From assembly GCA_050747865.1 (NCBI GenBank), contig JBOGJI010000236.1, forward strand, positions 11,120 through 75,119: a stretch of 64,000 bases of DNA. The letters run 5' to 3'. The first letter of the stretch is position 1. The number at the start of each line of letters is the position of its first letter. Position numbers and translations under genes: made by a program. Below the pieces are notes generated by a model. That model was given only the letters and a program-made list of their open reading frames with translations. It did not search any database and had not been told where the DNA came from. This document shows, one piece after another, positions 9,935-19,957 of the stretch. The DNA comes from Thermoanaerobaculia bacterium. Lineage in GTDB: Bacteria > Acidobacteriota > Thermoanaerobaculia > Multivoradales > JAHEKO01.

Positions 9935-12900
9935 ATGGACACGACGACCTTTCCCGTCCGGATCCCCCCACGGCCGGCCGACCTCGACCAGCGCCGGGCG
10001 GCGCTGGAGGAGGCGCTCACCCGACGCGTCCTGGTGCTCGACGGCGCTACCGGCACTGCGCTGCAGGCCGCCGAGCTGACCGCGGAGGACTTCGGCGGCG
10101 CCGAGCTCGAAGGCTGCAACGAGCACCTGGTGGCGACGCGACCGGACGTCGTGGACGGCGTCCACGAGCGCTATCTCGCCGCCGGCTGCGACATCGTGGA
10201 GACCAACACCTTCGGCGGCACGCCGCTGGTGCTGGCCGAATACGGGCTGGAGACCCAAGCCTTCGAGCTCAACCGCCTGGCCGCCTCGATCGCCCGCGCC
10301 GCCTGCGCCCGACACGACCAGCCGGGCCGGCCGCGCTTCGTCTGCGGCTCCATGGGACCGACGACCAAGGCGATCTCGGTGACCGGCGGCGTCACCTTCG
10401 AGGAGCTGGTCCAGCACTTCCGCATCCAGGCCTTGGGCCTCATGGCCGGCGGCGCCGACTACCTGCTGCTCGAGACCTGCCAGGACACGCGCAACATCAA
10501 GGCCGGGCTGCTGGGGCTCGACGAGGCGTTCGGAGAGTGCGGCTGGCGCCTGCCGGCGGCGGTGTCGGCGACCATCGAGCCCATGGGGACCATGCTGGCG
10601 GGGCAGGACGCCGAGGCCCTGGCGGTCTCCCTGCTGCACGCCGATCTCCTCTACCTGGGCTTGAACTGCGCCACCGGCCCCGACCGCATGACGGATCCCA
10701 TCCGCACGCTCGCCGAGCTGGCGCGCACCCGCGTCGCCTGCGTGCCCAACGCCGGGCTGCCCGACGACGAGGGGCGCTACACCCAGGGTCCGGAGGTCTT
10801 CCGCGAGGTGATCGGCCGCTTCCTCGACGCCGGCTGGCTCAACCTGGTCGGCGGCTGCTGCGGCACCACTGAGGCCCACGTGGCCGCCCTCCGCGAGCTG
10901 GTCGCCGGCCGCCGGCCGCGTGCCCTCCCGCATCACCAGCGCGCCTGGGTCTCCGGCCTCGAGGCCGTCGAGCTGACCGACGACAACCGGCCGCTCTTGG
11001 TGGGCGAGCGCACCAACGTGCTGGGCAGCCGCAAGTTCAAGAGCCTGATCGCCGAAGGCGACTTCGAGGGAGCGGCGGAGATCGGCCGCGCGCAGGTGCG
11101 CGGCGGCGGGCAGGTGCTGGACGTCTGCCTGCAGGACCCCGATCGCGACGAGCTGGCCGACGCCTGCGGCTTCCTCGACCAGCTGGTGCGCCTGGTCAAG
11201 GTGCCGCTGATGCTCGACTCCACCGACGCGGCGGTGATGGAGCAAGCGCTCACCTATTGCCAGGGCAAGGCGGTTCTGAACTCCGTGAACCTGGAGGACG
11301 GTCTGGCGCGCTTTGAGCGGGTGGCGCCGCTGGCCCGCCGCTTCGGCGCCGCCCTGGTCGTCGGCTGCATCGACGAGCAGGGCATGGCGGTGACCCCCGA
11401 ACGCAAGCTCGAGGTCGCGCGCCGCAGCCACGAGCTGCTGACCGAGCGGTTTGGCATCCCGCCCGAAGATCTGTGGTTCGACTCCCTGGTCTTCCCCTGC
11501 GGCACCGGGGACGAGACCTACATCGGCTCGGGCGCCGCCACCATCGAGGGCGTGCGCCGCATCCATGCCGAGTTCCCGCTGTCGAAGACGATTCTCGGCG
11601 TCTCCAACGTCTCGTTCGGGCTGCCCACCGCCGGGCGCGAGGTGCTGAACGCGGTCTTCCTCTACCACGCGACCCGGGCCGGCCTCGACGCGGCGATCGT
11701 CAACACCGAGCGGCTGGCGCGCTACGCGGAGATCCCGCGGGAGGAGCGCGAGCTCGCCGAGCGGCTGCTGTTCCTGGAGCCGGGGGACGTGGCCGGTAGC
11801 GAGGCCGCGGTGGCCGCCTTCGCCGAGCACTTCCGCGGCCGCCAGGCGTCGGCGGTGGCGGCCCCGGACCGCTCGCAGCTGCCCCTGGAAGAGCGGCTGG
11901 CGCGGGCCATCGTCGAAGGCACGAAAGCGGGCCTGGAGGAGGACCTGAGCGCGGCGCTCGCCGACGAGCGCTGGCGCGCGGCGCTGGACATCATCAACGG
12001 TCCCTTGATGGCGGGTATGGCCGAAGTGGGCCGGCTGTTCAACGACAACCAGCTCATCGTCGCCGAGGTGCTGCAGTCGGCCGAGGTGATGAAGGCCGCG
12101 GTGTCGTTCCTCGAGCCGCACATGGAGACCGTCGGCGGCCACAACCGGGGCCGCGTGGTGCTCGCCACCGTCAAGGGAGACGTCCACGACATCGGCAAGA
12201 ACCTAGTGGAGATCATCCTCTCGAACAACGGCTTCGAGGTGGTGAACCTGGGGATCAAGGTCCCCAGCGAGCAGCTCATCGAGGCGGTGCGGCGGCACCG
12301 GCCGGACGTCATCGGGCTCTCGGGGCTGCTGGTCAAGAGCGCCCAGCAGATGGTGCTGACGGCGGAGGACTTCCGCGCCGCCGGCCTCACCGTGCCGCTT
12401 TTGGTCGGCGGCGCGGCGTTGACACGCCGGTTCACCCACAAGAAGATCGCCCCGGCCTACGGGGCGCTGTGCACCTGGGCACGCGACGCCATGCACGGCC
12501 TGCAGCTCGTCGAGCGCATCGTCAACCTCGAGGCGCGGGGCGAGCTCGAGGCTGAGATCGCCGAGCTGATGTCCGAGGACCAGCAGGCGGGGGAGGCGCC
12601 GGCTCCCGTCGGCCCGACCCCCGGCGGCCGGGCGCCTTCGGTGCGCACCGACGTCGACGTGCCGGCGCCGCCGGATCTCGACCGCCACGTGGAAGAGCTG
12701 GACCTCGACGCCGTCTGGTCCCTGCTCAATCCGCAGATGCTCTACGGCAAGCACCTCGGCTTCAAGCGCTCGGTCTATCGCGCCGCCGACGAGGGCGACG
12801 GCAAGTACCTGCGACTCGCCCGCCTGGTGGAGGAGCTCCAGGAGCTGGGTCGGTCAGGGGCCCTCGAGGCGGCGGCCGTGTGGCAGTTCTTCCGCGCCGA

Positions 12901-13429
12901 GACCGAAGGCGAGCGCCTGCGGCTGCTGGCGCCGAACGGCGGCGGAGCGGTCGCCGAGTGGGAGCTGCCCCGCCAGCGCGCCCGCGAGGGCCTCTGCCTG
13001 ACCGACTACGTGCTCGCCGGCGACCACGTGGCGCTGTTCGTCACCACCGCCGGCGCCGGCGTGCTCGAACGGGCCCGGCGGTGGAAAGAGGAGGGGGAGT
13101 ACCTCAAGAGCCACGCCTGGGCGGCGCTGGCCCTGGAGACCGCGGAGGCCGCCGCCGAGCTGCTGCACGAGCGCCTGCGCGCGGCCTGGGGCATCGCCGA
13201 CCCGCCGGAGCTGCCAGTGCGCGACAAGCTGGCGGCGCGCTACCGCGGCAAGCGCTACAGCTTCGGTTATCCGGCCTGCCCGGACCTCGCCGGCCAGCGC
13301 GCCCTGTTCGCCGCCCTCCGGCCGGAGGAGATCGGCGTGCACCTGACCGAGGGCGACATGATGGAGCCCGAGGCCTCGGTCTCCGCCCTCGTCTTCCACC
13401 ACCCCGACGCCCGCTACTTCGGCGTCTGA
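9935..13429 (+). CDS. metH: Cobalamin-dependent methionine synthase
   Basis: Homocysteine-binding, pterin-binding, B12-binding (GDVHDIGKNLV) and AdoMet-activation modules are present, ~1164 aa. The track ORF starts at 9830; ATG 9935 (MDTTTFPV) is preferred, and 9896 is an alternative. Confidence 0.9.
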   Translation: MDTTTFPVRIPPRPADLDQRRAALEEALTRRVLVLDGATGTALQAAELTAEDFGGAELEGCNEHLVATRPDVVDGVHERYLAAGCDIVETNTFGGTPLVLAEYGLETQAFELNRLAASIARAACARHDQPGRPRFVCGSMGPTTKAISVTGGVTFEELVQHFRIQALGLMAGGADYLLLETCQDTRNIKAGLLGLDEAFGECGWRLPAAVSATIEPMGTMLAGQDAEALAVSLLHADLLYLGLNCATGPDRMTDPIRTLAELARTRVACVPNAGLPDDEGRYTQGPEVFREVIGRFLDAGWLNLVGGCCGTTEAHVAALRELVAGRRPRALPHHQRAWVSGLEAVELTDDNRPLLVGERTNVLGSRKFKSLIAEGDFEGAAEIGRAQVRGGGQVLDVCLQDPDRDELADACGFLDQLVRLVKVPLMLDSTDAAVMEQALTYCQGKAVLNSVNLEDGLARFERVAPLARRFGAALVVGCIDEQGMAVTPERKLEVARRSHELLTERFGIPPEDLWFDSLVFPCGTGDETYIGSGAATIEGVRRIHAEFPLSKTILGVSNVSFGLPTAGREVLNAVFLYHATRAGLDAAIVNTERLARYAEIPREERELAERLLFLEPGDVAGSEAAVAAFAEHFRGRQASAVAAPDRSQLPLEERLARAIVEGTKAGLEEDLSAALADERWRAALDIINGPLMAGMAEVGRLFNDNQLIVAEVLQSAEVMKAAVSFLEPHMETVGGHNRGRVVLATVKGDVHDIGKNLVEIILSNNGFEVVNLGIKVPSEQLIEAVRRHRPDVIGLSGLLVKSAQQMVLTAEDFRAAGLTVPLLVGGAALTRRFTHKKIAPAYGALCTWARDAMHGLQLVERIVNLEARGELEAEIAELMSEDQQAGEAPAPVGPTPGGRAPSVRTDVDVPAPPDLDRHVEELDLDAVWSLLNPQMLYGKHLGFKRSVYRAADEGDGKYLRLARLVEELQELGRSGALEAAAVWQFFRAETEGERLRLLAPNGGGAVAEWELPRQRAREGLCLTDYVLAGDHVALFVTTAGAGVLERARRWKEEGEYLKSHAWAALALETAEAAAELLHERLRAAWGIADPPELPVRDKLAARYRGKRYSFGYPACPDLAGQRALFAALRPEEIGVHLTEGDMMEPEASVSALVFHHPDARYFGV

Positions 13430-13935
13430 GCCTCGGGTGAGGTTTCGCGAAGGCGGGTGGTCTCGCGCTGGACCATGTCGATGGTCTGGCGCATGAACTT
13501 GAGGATCAGCTCGAGCTGGCCGGCGCTGTATTGCTCGCACTGGGCGGACCAGCTCTGCTGGATGCCCTCGAACAGGGGGGCGACCTGCGAGTCTGTGCAC
13601 TCGGTGTTGACGAGGAGCAGGATCCGCCGGCGGTCCTTGGGGTCGATCTCGCGGCGCAGGAAGCCGGCCCGCTCCAGGCGGTCGGCGACGCCGGTGATGG
13701 CGCCGCTGGTCAGGCCGGTGGCTTTGGCCAGCTCGCCGGCCGATATCGGCCCGAGCTCGCGCAGGATGTCGAGACATTTCTGGTCGGTGGGGTGGAGCCC
13801 CAGCCGGTCCGCCACCGCCTGGTGGAACAGCACCGTGGCCCGTGCCTGGTGCCGCCCCGCCCAGCGCAGCTCCTCCATGAGCTGGCGCTTCTTCCCGTCA
13901 TCGTCGCCGTTCGCGCTCGTCTTCCTGCTTGACAT
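13414..13935 (-). CDS. MarR family transcriptional regulator
   Basis: 173 aa. Winged-HTH region ISAGELAKATGLTSGAITGVADRLERAGFLRREIDPKDRRR. Divergent from the efflux operon. Its 3' end overlaps metH by 16 nt. Confidence 0.8.
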   Translation of the reverse strand: MSSRKTSANGDDDGKKRQLMEELRWAGRHQARATVLFHQAVADRLGLHPTDQKCLDILRELGPISAGELAKATGLTSGAITGVADRLERAGFLRREIDPKDRRRILLLVNTECTDSQVAPLFEGIQQSWSAQCEQYSAGQLELILKFMRQTIDMVQRETTRLRETSPEAQTPK

Positions 13936-13968
13936 CGCTCCGCCGTTCGTTTACTCTGCCGACTTCTT

Positions 13969-14003
13969 AGCTCCTGGGTAGAGCAGGAGCTGAATTATTC
14001 AGC
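13969..14003. promoter_or_regulatory. Candidate MarR operator: overlapping perfect palindromes AGCTCCTG-N7-CAGGAGCT and GCTGAATTATTCAGC
   Basis: Lies in the 231-nt divergent marR / tolC-like intergenic region and is followed by an AT-rich ATTATA box. Confidence 0.4.
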
Positions 14004-14166
14004 GGCTGAAATTATACCACGGACCGACCGACGCCGGTCGCGCGCTCAACAGACCTGTCGATCACGCGGAGTCTCATTCGTCAAGAGGGCAGCGCGGCGG
14101 AAGCGCGGCGGCAAACGGAGCTGGCGAAACTCCGGCGAGAGCAGGCCGTAGTAGAGCAGGACACGG

Positions 14167-15558
14167 GTGTGGAGGAGCAAGCGACACGTGACTAGACGAC
14201 GCCTGATCATCGGCCTGTTGAGCGGCGCCCTGATCGCGCCCGGCGCGCGGGCGGCAGAGCGCCTCGACCTGCAGGCGGTTGTCCAGCGGGCGCTGGAGAA
14301 CAACCCGGACTATCTCGCCATCGCGGAGCGGGAGCGCGAGCTCGCGGCCCAGATCGACGCGGCTTGGGCGGACGCCTGGCCGCAGTTCTCGCTGAACGGG
14401 TTCTGGAACCGCTCGCGCAACCCGTCGTTGCTCAACAGCCCCGACTTCGAGGACATCATCGAGCAGTTCCCCGGTTTCAGGCCGAGCGTCCAGGAGCTGA
14501 ACGGGCTCAACGTGGAGGTCAGCCAGCTGCTCTACACGTTTGGCAAGATCCGCTCCGGCGTCGAGCTGGCCGAGCGTGCCGTCGAGGCGGGGAAGGCGCA
14601 GACCCAGACGGCCCTCCTCGACACCGCGCTGACGGCGGCGGAGGCGTATTTCGAGCGGCTCGCGGCTCAGGAGGCCCTGATCACCATCGACGCGCAGCGG
14701 CGGGCGCGGCAGGAGTCGCTCGACGTCGTGCAGGCCCGCTTCGATCTCGGCGACGCGACGCGCCTGGAGCTGCTACAGGCGCAAGCCGCCCTCGCCGAGG
14801 TCGAGCCGGCGGTGGCGGCCGCCGAGGGCCGTGTGGCGGTGGCGGAGAGCACCCTTGAGTCGGTGCTCGACCTGCCGTCGGAGAGTGAGGTGGAGGTGGT
14901 GCCGCCGACCTCCGGCCTTCCCGCCGTGCCGCAGATGCCGCCGTTGCTGGAAACGGCGCTGCGCTCGCGTTCGGAGCTGGCCGACCTGGCCCGCCAGCAA
15001 GAGGCGCTGGAGCTGCAGAAGCGCGTGGTCAAGGCCGACGGGCGCCCCCAGCTCGAGCTGACCGGCAACTACGGCCGCACGGTGCGCGAGCTCGAGAACT
15101 TGGACGATCCGCTGTTCGCGGACTGGCAGGTCAACGTGGGGCTCTCCTGGAGCTTTTTCGACGGCGGCCGGCGAGCCGGCGAGGTCGCCGCCTTGAGCAG
15201 CCAGCAGCGCCAGCTCGCGCTGCAGACGAAGGCCCTCGAAAACCGCATCCGGCTGGAGATCGAGCAGTCCTGGACCGGGTATCGCACCGAGCGGGATCGC
15301 CTGCGCGCCGCCGAGCGGTCGGCCGAGGCGGCGCGCGAGGCGACGCGGGTGGCCAGGGAGAGCTACGAGGAAGGCGTGTCCCTGCAGGCGGACTTGTTGG
15401 CGGCGCAGGAGCGGGAGACCGAGGCCGAGGTGGCCCGCGTCGAGGCCTACTATGGAGCCTGGCGCCAGGCGACGCGGCTCGTGCGTGCCACGGGGATGCG
15501 GCCGGATGGGTTGGGAGAGCTAGGGAACGGCGGCACGACGCCGCCCGTCGAGGAGTGA
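14167..15558 (+). CDS. TolC-family outer-membrane efflux protein
   Basis: 463 aa with paired OEP repeats. The likely true start is GTG at 14188, giving a VTRRRLIIGLLSGALIAPGARA signal peptide. Confidence 0.8.
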   Translation: MWRSKRHVTRRRLIIGLLSGALIAPGARAAERLDLQAVVQRALENNPDYLAIAERERELAAQIDAAWADAWPQFSLNGFWNRSRNPSLLNSPDFEDIIEQFPGFRPSVQELNGLNVEVSQLLYTFGKIRSGVELAERAVEAGKAQTQTALLDTALTAAEAYFERLAAQEALITIDAQRRARQESLDVVQARFDLGDATRLELLQAQAALAEVEPAVAAAEGRVAVAESTLESVLDLPSESEVEVVPPTSGLPAVPQMPPLLETALRSRSELADLARQQEALELQKRVVKADGRPQLELTGNYGRTVRELENLDDPLFADWQVNVGLSWSFFDGGRRAGEVAALSSQQRQLALQTKALENRIRLEIEQSWTGYRTERDRLRAAERSAEAAREATRVARESYEEGVSLQADLLAAQERETEAEVARVEAYYGAWRQATRLVRATGMRPDGLGELGNGGTTPPVEE

Positions 15559-15562
15559 AGTC

Positions 15563-16639
15563 ATGAGCACGAAGTGGAATCTGTTGACCCGGCGGTCGTC
15601 CGCCGCGGCGATCGTCTTCGCGGCCGGCACCCTGGCCGCCTTGCTCGGCGGTTGCGGCGCGGACGAGGTGCCGGCGGCGAGCAACGGAAACGTCACCGAG
15701 GAGCGGCTCACCCAGGTCCAGGTGGAGGCGGTGGAGCCGCGGCCCGCCGTCGAGACCATCGAGGTCGCGGCGGATGTGCTGGCCGACCGGCGCGCGACGC
15801 TGGCGGCGGAGGTGGCGGGGACCGTCGAGGCGGTGGAGGCGGATCTCGGTGATCGGGTGGGCGCCGGCGCGGTGCTCATCCGCATCGACACCAGCGGCAT
15901 CGCCACCGAGGTGGAGGAGGCGGAGGCCAACTTCCGGCAGGCCGAGGAGGATGCCGCCCGCGCCGAGGCCCTGTTCGAGAAGCGCTCGATCACCCGCGAC
16001 CGGCTGACCGCCGCGCGCACCGCGCTCGACGTGTCGCGGGCGCGCCTGGAGTCGGCGCATATCCGGCTCGGCGACTTGACGGTGCGCGCCCCCTGGGCCG
16101 GCGAGGTCGCCTCCCGCATGGTCGAGGTCGGCGACTACGTGGACGTCGGCGACGGCATGCTCGAGCTGGTGGCCGTCGATCGCCTGAAGATCCGCGCCGA
16201 GGTGGCGGCGGAGGACGCCCAATACATCGAGCAGGGAGAGCCCGCCACCCTGCGGCTGCAGGCCCTGCCCGGCGAGATCTTCGAGGCCGAGGTCGTGCGC
16301 ATCGGCGCCTCGCTGACCTCCACCTCGCGCACCCTGCCGATCGAGGTCGAGCTGGCGAACCCGGGCGGCCGCCTCAAGCCCGGCATGTTCGGGCGTCTGA
16401 CACTGCCCCGGCGGCAGCTCGAGGCGGCGTTGCTGGTGCCGCTGGCGGCGCTGGTCGACTACGAGGACGGCAAGGTCGTCTACGTGGTCGAGGACGGGGT
16501 GGCGCGGCGGCGGCCGGTCACGCCGGGGGCGGTGATCGGGGAGCGGGTGGCCGTCGAGGAGGGGCTCGCCGCCGGAGATCGGGTGATCGTTCGCGGTCAG
16601 GACCAGGTCGCCGACGGGCAGCAAGTGGAGGTCGTATGA
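15563..16639 (+). CDS. RND efflux periplasmic adaptor (membrane fusion protein, HlyD family)
   Basis: 358 aa. Lipoprotein signal LLGGC, followed by coiled-coil and beta-barrel MFP regions. Lies 4 nt after the TolC-like gene. Confidence 0.85.
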   Translation: MSTKWNLLTRRSSAAAIVFAAGTLAALLGGCGADEVPAASNGNVTEERLTQVQVEAVEPRPAVETIEVAADVLADRRATLAAEVAGTVEAVEADLGDRVGAGAVLIRIDTSGIATEVEEAEANFRQAEEDAARAEALFEKRSITRDRLTAARTALDVSRARLESAHIRLGDLTVRAPWAGEVASRMVEVGDYVDVGDGMLELVAVDRLKIRAEVAAEDAQYIEQGEPATLRLQALPGEIFEAEVVRIGASLTSTSRTLPIEVELANPGGRLKPGMFGRLTLPRRQLEAALLVPLAALVDYEDGKVVYVVEDGVARRRPVTPGAVIGERVAVEEGLAAGDRVIVRGQDQVADGQQVEVV

Positions 16640-19600
16640 GCCGGCTCACCGATGTCTCGTTGAAGCACCGCGCGACGGTGTTCTTCTCGATGCTGGTGGT
16701 GATCATCGCCGGCCTCTTCGCCTACTTGACTCTGCCGCGGGAGTCGAGCCCGGACGTCCAGATCCCGATGATCATCGTCTACACCCTCTACCCGGGGGCG
16801 GCGCCGGCCGATATCGAGTCGATCATCACCGAGCCGATCGAGCGCGAGCTCCAGGGCCTGGAGGACATGAAGGAGCTCACTTCGGTCTCCCAGGAGTCGG
16901 CGTCAGTGGTGACCATCGAGTTCGAGTCCGGCACCGACATCGACGACGCCCGGCAGAAGGTGCGCGACCGGGTGGACCAGGCGAAGGTGGACTTCCCCGA
17001 CGACGCCGAGGAGCCGGTGCTGCAGGAGATCAACTTCTCGGAGTTCCCCGTGGTACAGGTCAACCTGGCTGGGGACGTCGGACCGGCGGTGCTCAAGGAG
17101 CTGGCCGAGGACCTCCAGGACGAGCTGGAAACCGTGCCCGGCGTGCTGCGCGTCAACCTGGTCGGCGGCCTGGAGCGCGAGGTGCGCGTGGACGTCGACC
17201 TCGATCGTCTCAACTCCTACGGTCTCTCCCTCGACGCCATCGTGGGGGCCATCGGCCGCGAGAACGTGGCCATCCCGGGCGGTGATCTCGACGTGGGCGA
17301 TCAGAGCTTTTCGGTGCGCGTCCCCGGGGAAGTGGAGAACCCGCTGGAGATCGCCGACTTCGTGGTGAGCGCCAAGGGGGGCAACCCAGTGTACGTCCGC
17401 GACGTCGCCACTGTGACCTACGGCTTCAAGGACCGCGAGTCGCACGCCCGCATCAACGGCCAGGAGTCCGTCGCCGTGACGGTGCAGAAGCGCCTCGGCG
17501 CCAACATCATCGACGTCGTCGACGCGGTGAAGACCCAGGTGGCCGAGGAGCAGGAGAGCTGGCCGGCGAGCGTCAGAGCCACCGTCCTCGGCGACCAGTC
17601 GCGGGACATCCGCAACATGGTCGCTGACCTGGAGAACAACATTCTCTCCGGCCTCATCCTGGTGGTGGCGGTCTTGCTGCTCGCCATGGGCTTCCGGCCG
17701 GCGCTCTTCGTCGGCCTGGCGATCCCGTTTTCCATGCTGATCACGTTCTTCGTGTTGCAGGCCACCGGCGTCACCCTGAACATGGTGGTCCTGTTCGCCC
17801 TGGTGTTGGCGGTCGGCATGCTGGTCGACAACGGGATCGTGGTGGTGGAGAACATCTACCGCCACATGCAGGAGGGGAGCCTGCCGGACACGGCGGCATC
17901 GATCGCCACCCGGGAGGTCGGCGCGGCCATCCTCTTCTCGACCCTCACGACCTTCGCCGCCTTCTCGCCGCTCTATTTCTGGCCCGGGATCGTCGGCGAC
18001 TTCATGGTCTACATGCCAATGACAGTGTCGATCGCGCTCGGCGCCTCCCTGCTCGTGGCGTTCACCATGAATCCCGTGCTCTGCGCCCGCTTCCTCAAGG
18101 CGGCCCCGCGTTCCGCGGCCGCGGCAGGGGGCGAGGTGGCGGGGTGGCGGGGGAGCTGGGGGGCTGGGATCCTCGAGCGCTATCGCGGGATCCTCGGCTG
18201 GGCGCTCGATCACCGCTTGGCGACGGTCAACCTGGCGATCGGGGTCTTCGTGCTGATGTTCGTGCTCTTCGGCATGTTCGGCCCCGGCGTGGAATTCTTC
18301 CCAGAGACCGAGCCGACGCAGATCTTCGTCGACGTGGAGCAGCCGGCGGGCACCCGGCTGGAGGCGACGGACGAGCTGGCGGTGGAGCTGGAGGAGCGCC
18401 TGGAAGGACTGCCCGACGTCAACCTCCTGGCCTCCTCGGTGGGCGCCGGCAGCCAGAACGACTTCGGGGGCGGCCAGGGGGGCGGCGACTCCAATGTGGC
18501 GCGGCTGACCATCGACCTGCTCGAGCGCGAGGACCGCGAGCAGAACTCCTTCCTGACCATGGATCAGGTGCGCGAGCGCACCGCGGGGATCCCCGGCGCC
18601 ATCATCGAGGTGGACCGCCTCGAGGACGGCCCGCCGGTTGGGGAGCCGGTGCAGATCGAGGTCAGGGGCGAAGACTTCGCGACCCTCGGCGCGATCTCCC
18701 GGCGGATCCGCGAGTCCATCCGCGACATCGACGGGCTGGTGTCTCTGGACGACGACTTCGACCTGGCGCGGCCGGAGGCGCGGCTGCACGTGGACCGCAC
18801 CCAGGCGGCGCGCTTCGGGCTGTCGACGGCGGACATCGCCACGGCGGTGCGCACGGCGGTCAGCGGCACGGAGGCCTCGGAGTACCGCCGGCCCGGCCGC
18901 GACGAGGAGGACATCACGGTGCGGCTGCGCGAGGCGGATCGGCGGTCGCTCGCCGACCTGGAGCGCCTGCGCCTGCCGACGGCCTCGGGCGAGCTGGTGC
19001 CGCTGACCGCGGTGGCACGGCTCGAACGCACGGCGGCGCTCACGGCGATCAACCACAAGGAGCGGGATCGCGTGGTCACCATCACCGGGGACGTGACGAA
19101 CCCCACCTTGGCGCGGCCGGTGCGCGCGGAGGCGCAGCGGCGGCTGGAGGCGATCCGCGACCTGCTGCCAACGGGCTACCGGATGGAGTTCACCGGCGGC
19201 AGCGAGGACGAGCAGGAAGCGCAGGCGTTCCTCTCCAAGGCCTTCCTCTACGCTCTGTTGCTGGTGCTGGCGCTCCTGGTGGCGAAGTTCGACTCCCTGA
19301 AGCTCTCCGCCATCGTGATGACCTCGGTGGTCATGTCGATGGTCGGCGTGTTCTTCGGGCTGCTCGTCACCCGCCTGCCGTTCGGCATCATCATGACCGG
19401 CCTGGGAGTCATCTCGCTGGCCGGAGTGGTAGTGAACAACGCCATCGTGCTGCTCGACTACGGCGAGCAGCTGCGCGAGCGGGGTCTGCCGCGGCGCGAG
19501 CTGGTGATGCTCACGGGGCTACGGCGTTTCCGGCCGGTGATGCTGACGGCGGTGACCACGATTTTGGGGCTCATCCCCCTGGCCACGGGTTTCGGCTTCG

Positions 19601-19857
19601 ATTTCCGGAACTTCGTGTTCGTGACCGGGGGGGAGAGCTCGCAGTGGTGGAAGGGGCTGGCCATCGCCGTCATCTTCGGCCTGGCGCTGGCGACCTTCCT
19701 CACCCTGGTCGTGGTGCCGGTGCTCTACGACCTGGTGCTCGCCGGGCACGAGCGGCGGGCGCGCAAGCGCGGCGCCGGCGGGGACGAAGACGTCAACGGC
19801 GAGCTCGAGGATTCCCTGGCGGCTCTGGAGCGCGACGAAGGCGTCCTGGTCAGCTGA
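16636..19857 (+). CDS. RND efflux permease (AcrB/CzcA family)
   Basis: 1073 aa with 12 predicted TM segments and two large periplasmic loops. Typical AcrB N-terminus MSRLTDVSLKHRATVFFSMLVVIIAG. Overlaps the MFP gene by 4 nt. Confidence 0.9.
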   Translation: MSRLTDVSLKHRATVFFSMLVVIIAGLFAYLTLPRESSPDVQIPMIIVYTLYPGAAPADIESIITEPIERELQGLEDMKELTSVSQESASVVTIEFESGTDIDDARQKVRDRVDQAKVDFPDDAEEPVLQEINFSEFPVVQVNLAGDVGPAVLKELAEDLQDELETVPGVLRVNLVGGLEREVRVDVDLDRLNSYGLSLDAIVGAIGRENVAIPGGDLDVGDQSFSVRVPGEVENPLEIADFVVSAKGGNPVYVRDVATVTYGFKDRESHARINGQESVAVTVQKRLGANIIDVVDAVKTQVAEEQESWPASVRATVLGDQSRDIRNMVADLENNILSGLILVVAVLLLAMGFRPALFVGLAIPFSMLITFFVLQATGVTLNMVVLFALVLAVGMLVDNGIVVVENIYRHMQEGSLPDTAASIATREVGAAILFSTLTTFAAFSPLYFWPGIVGDFMVYMPMTVSIALGASLLVAFTMNPVLCARFLKAAPRSAAAAGGEVAGWRGSWGAGILERYRGILGWALDHRLATVNLAIGVFVLMFVLFGMFGPGVEFFPETEPTQIFVDVEQPAGTRLEATDELAVELEERLEGLPDVNLLASSVGAGSQNDFGGGQGGGDSNVARLTIDLLEREDREQNSFLTMDQVRERTAGIPGAIIEVDRLEDGPPVGEPVQIEVRGEDFATLGAISRRIRESIRDIDGLVSLDDDFDLARPEARLHVDRTQAARFGLSTADIATAVRTAVSGTEASEYRRPGRDEEDITVRLREADRRSLADLERLRLPTASGELVPLTAVARLERTAALTAINHKERDRVVTITGDVTNPTLARPVRAEAQRRLEAIRDLLPTGYRMEFTGGSEDEQEAQAFLSKAFLYALLLVLALLVAKFDSLKLSAIVMTSVVMSMVGVFFGLLVTRLPFGIIMTGLGVISLAGVVVNNAIVLLDYGEQLRERGLPRRELVMLTGLRRFRPVMLTAVTTILGLIPLATGFGFDFRNFVFVTGGESSQWWKGLAIAVIFGLALATFLTLVVVPVLYDLVLAGHERRARKRGAGGDEDVNGELEDSLAALERDEGVLVS

Positions 19858-19957
19858 CCCCTTCGCCTGAAGCGGCCGGCTTCCGTGCCGGCCGTGGCGC
19901 GCGGCCGGCAGAGACGCCGGCCGCTTCGGGTCCCATCGCAGCTACTACGATAGGCAC

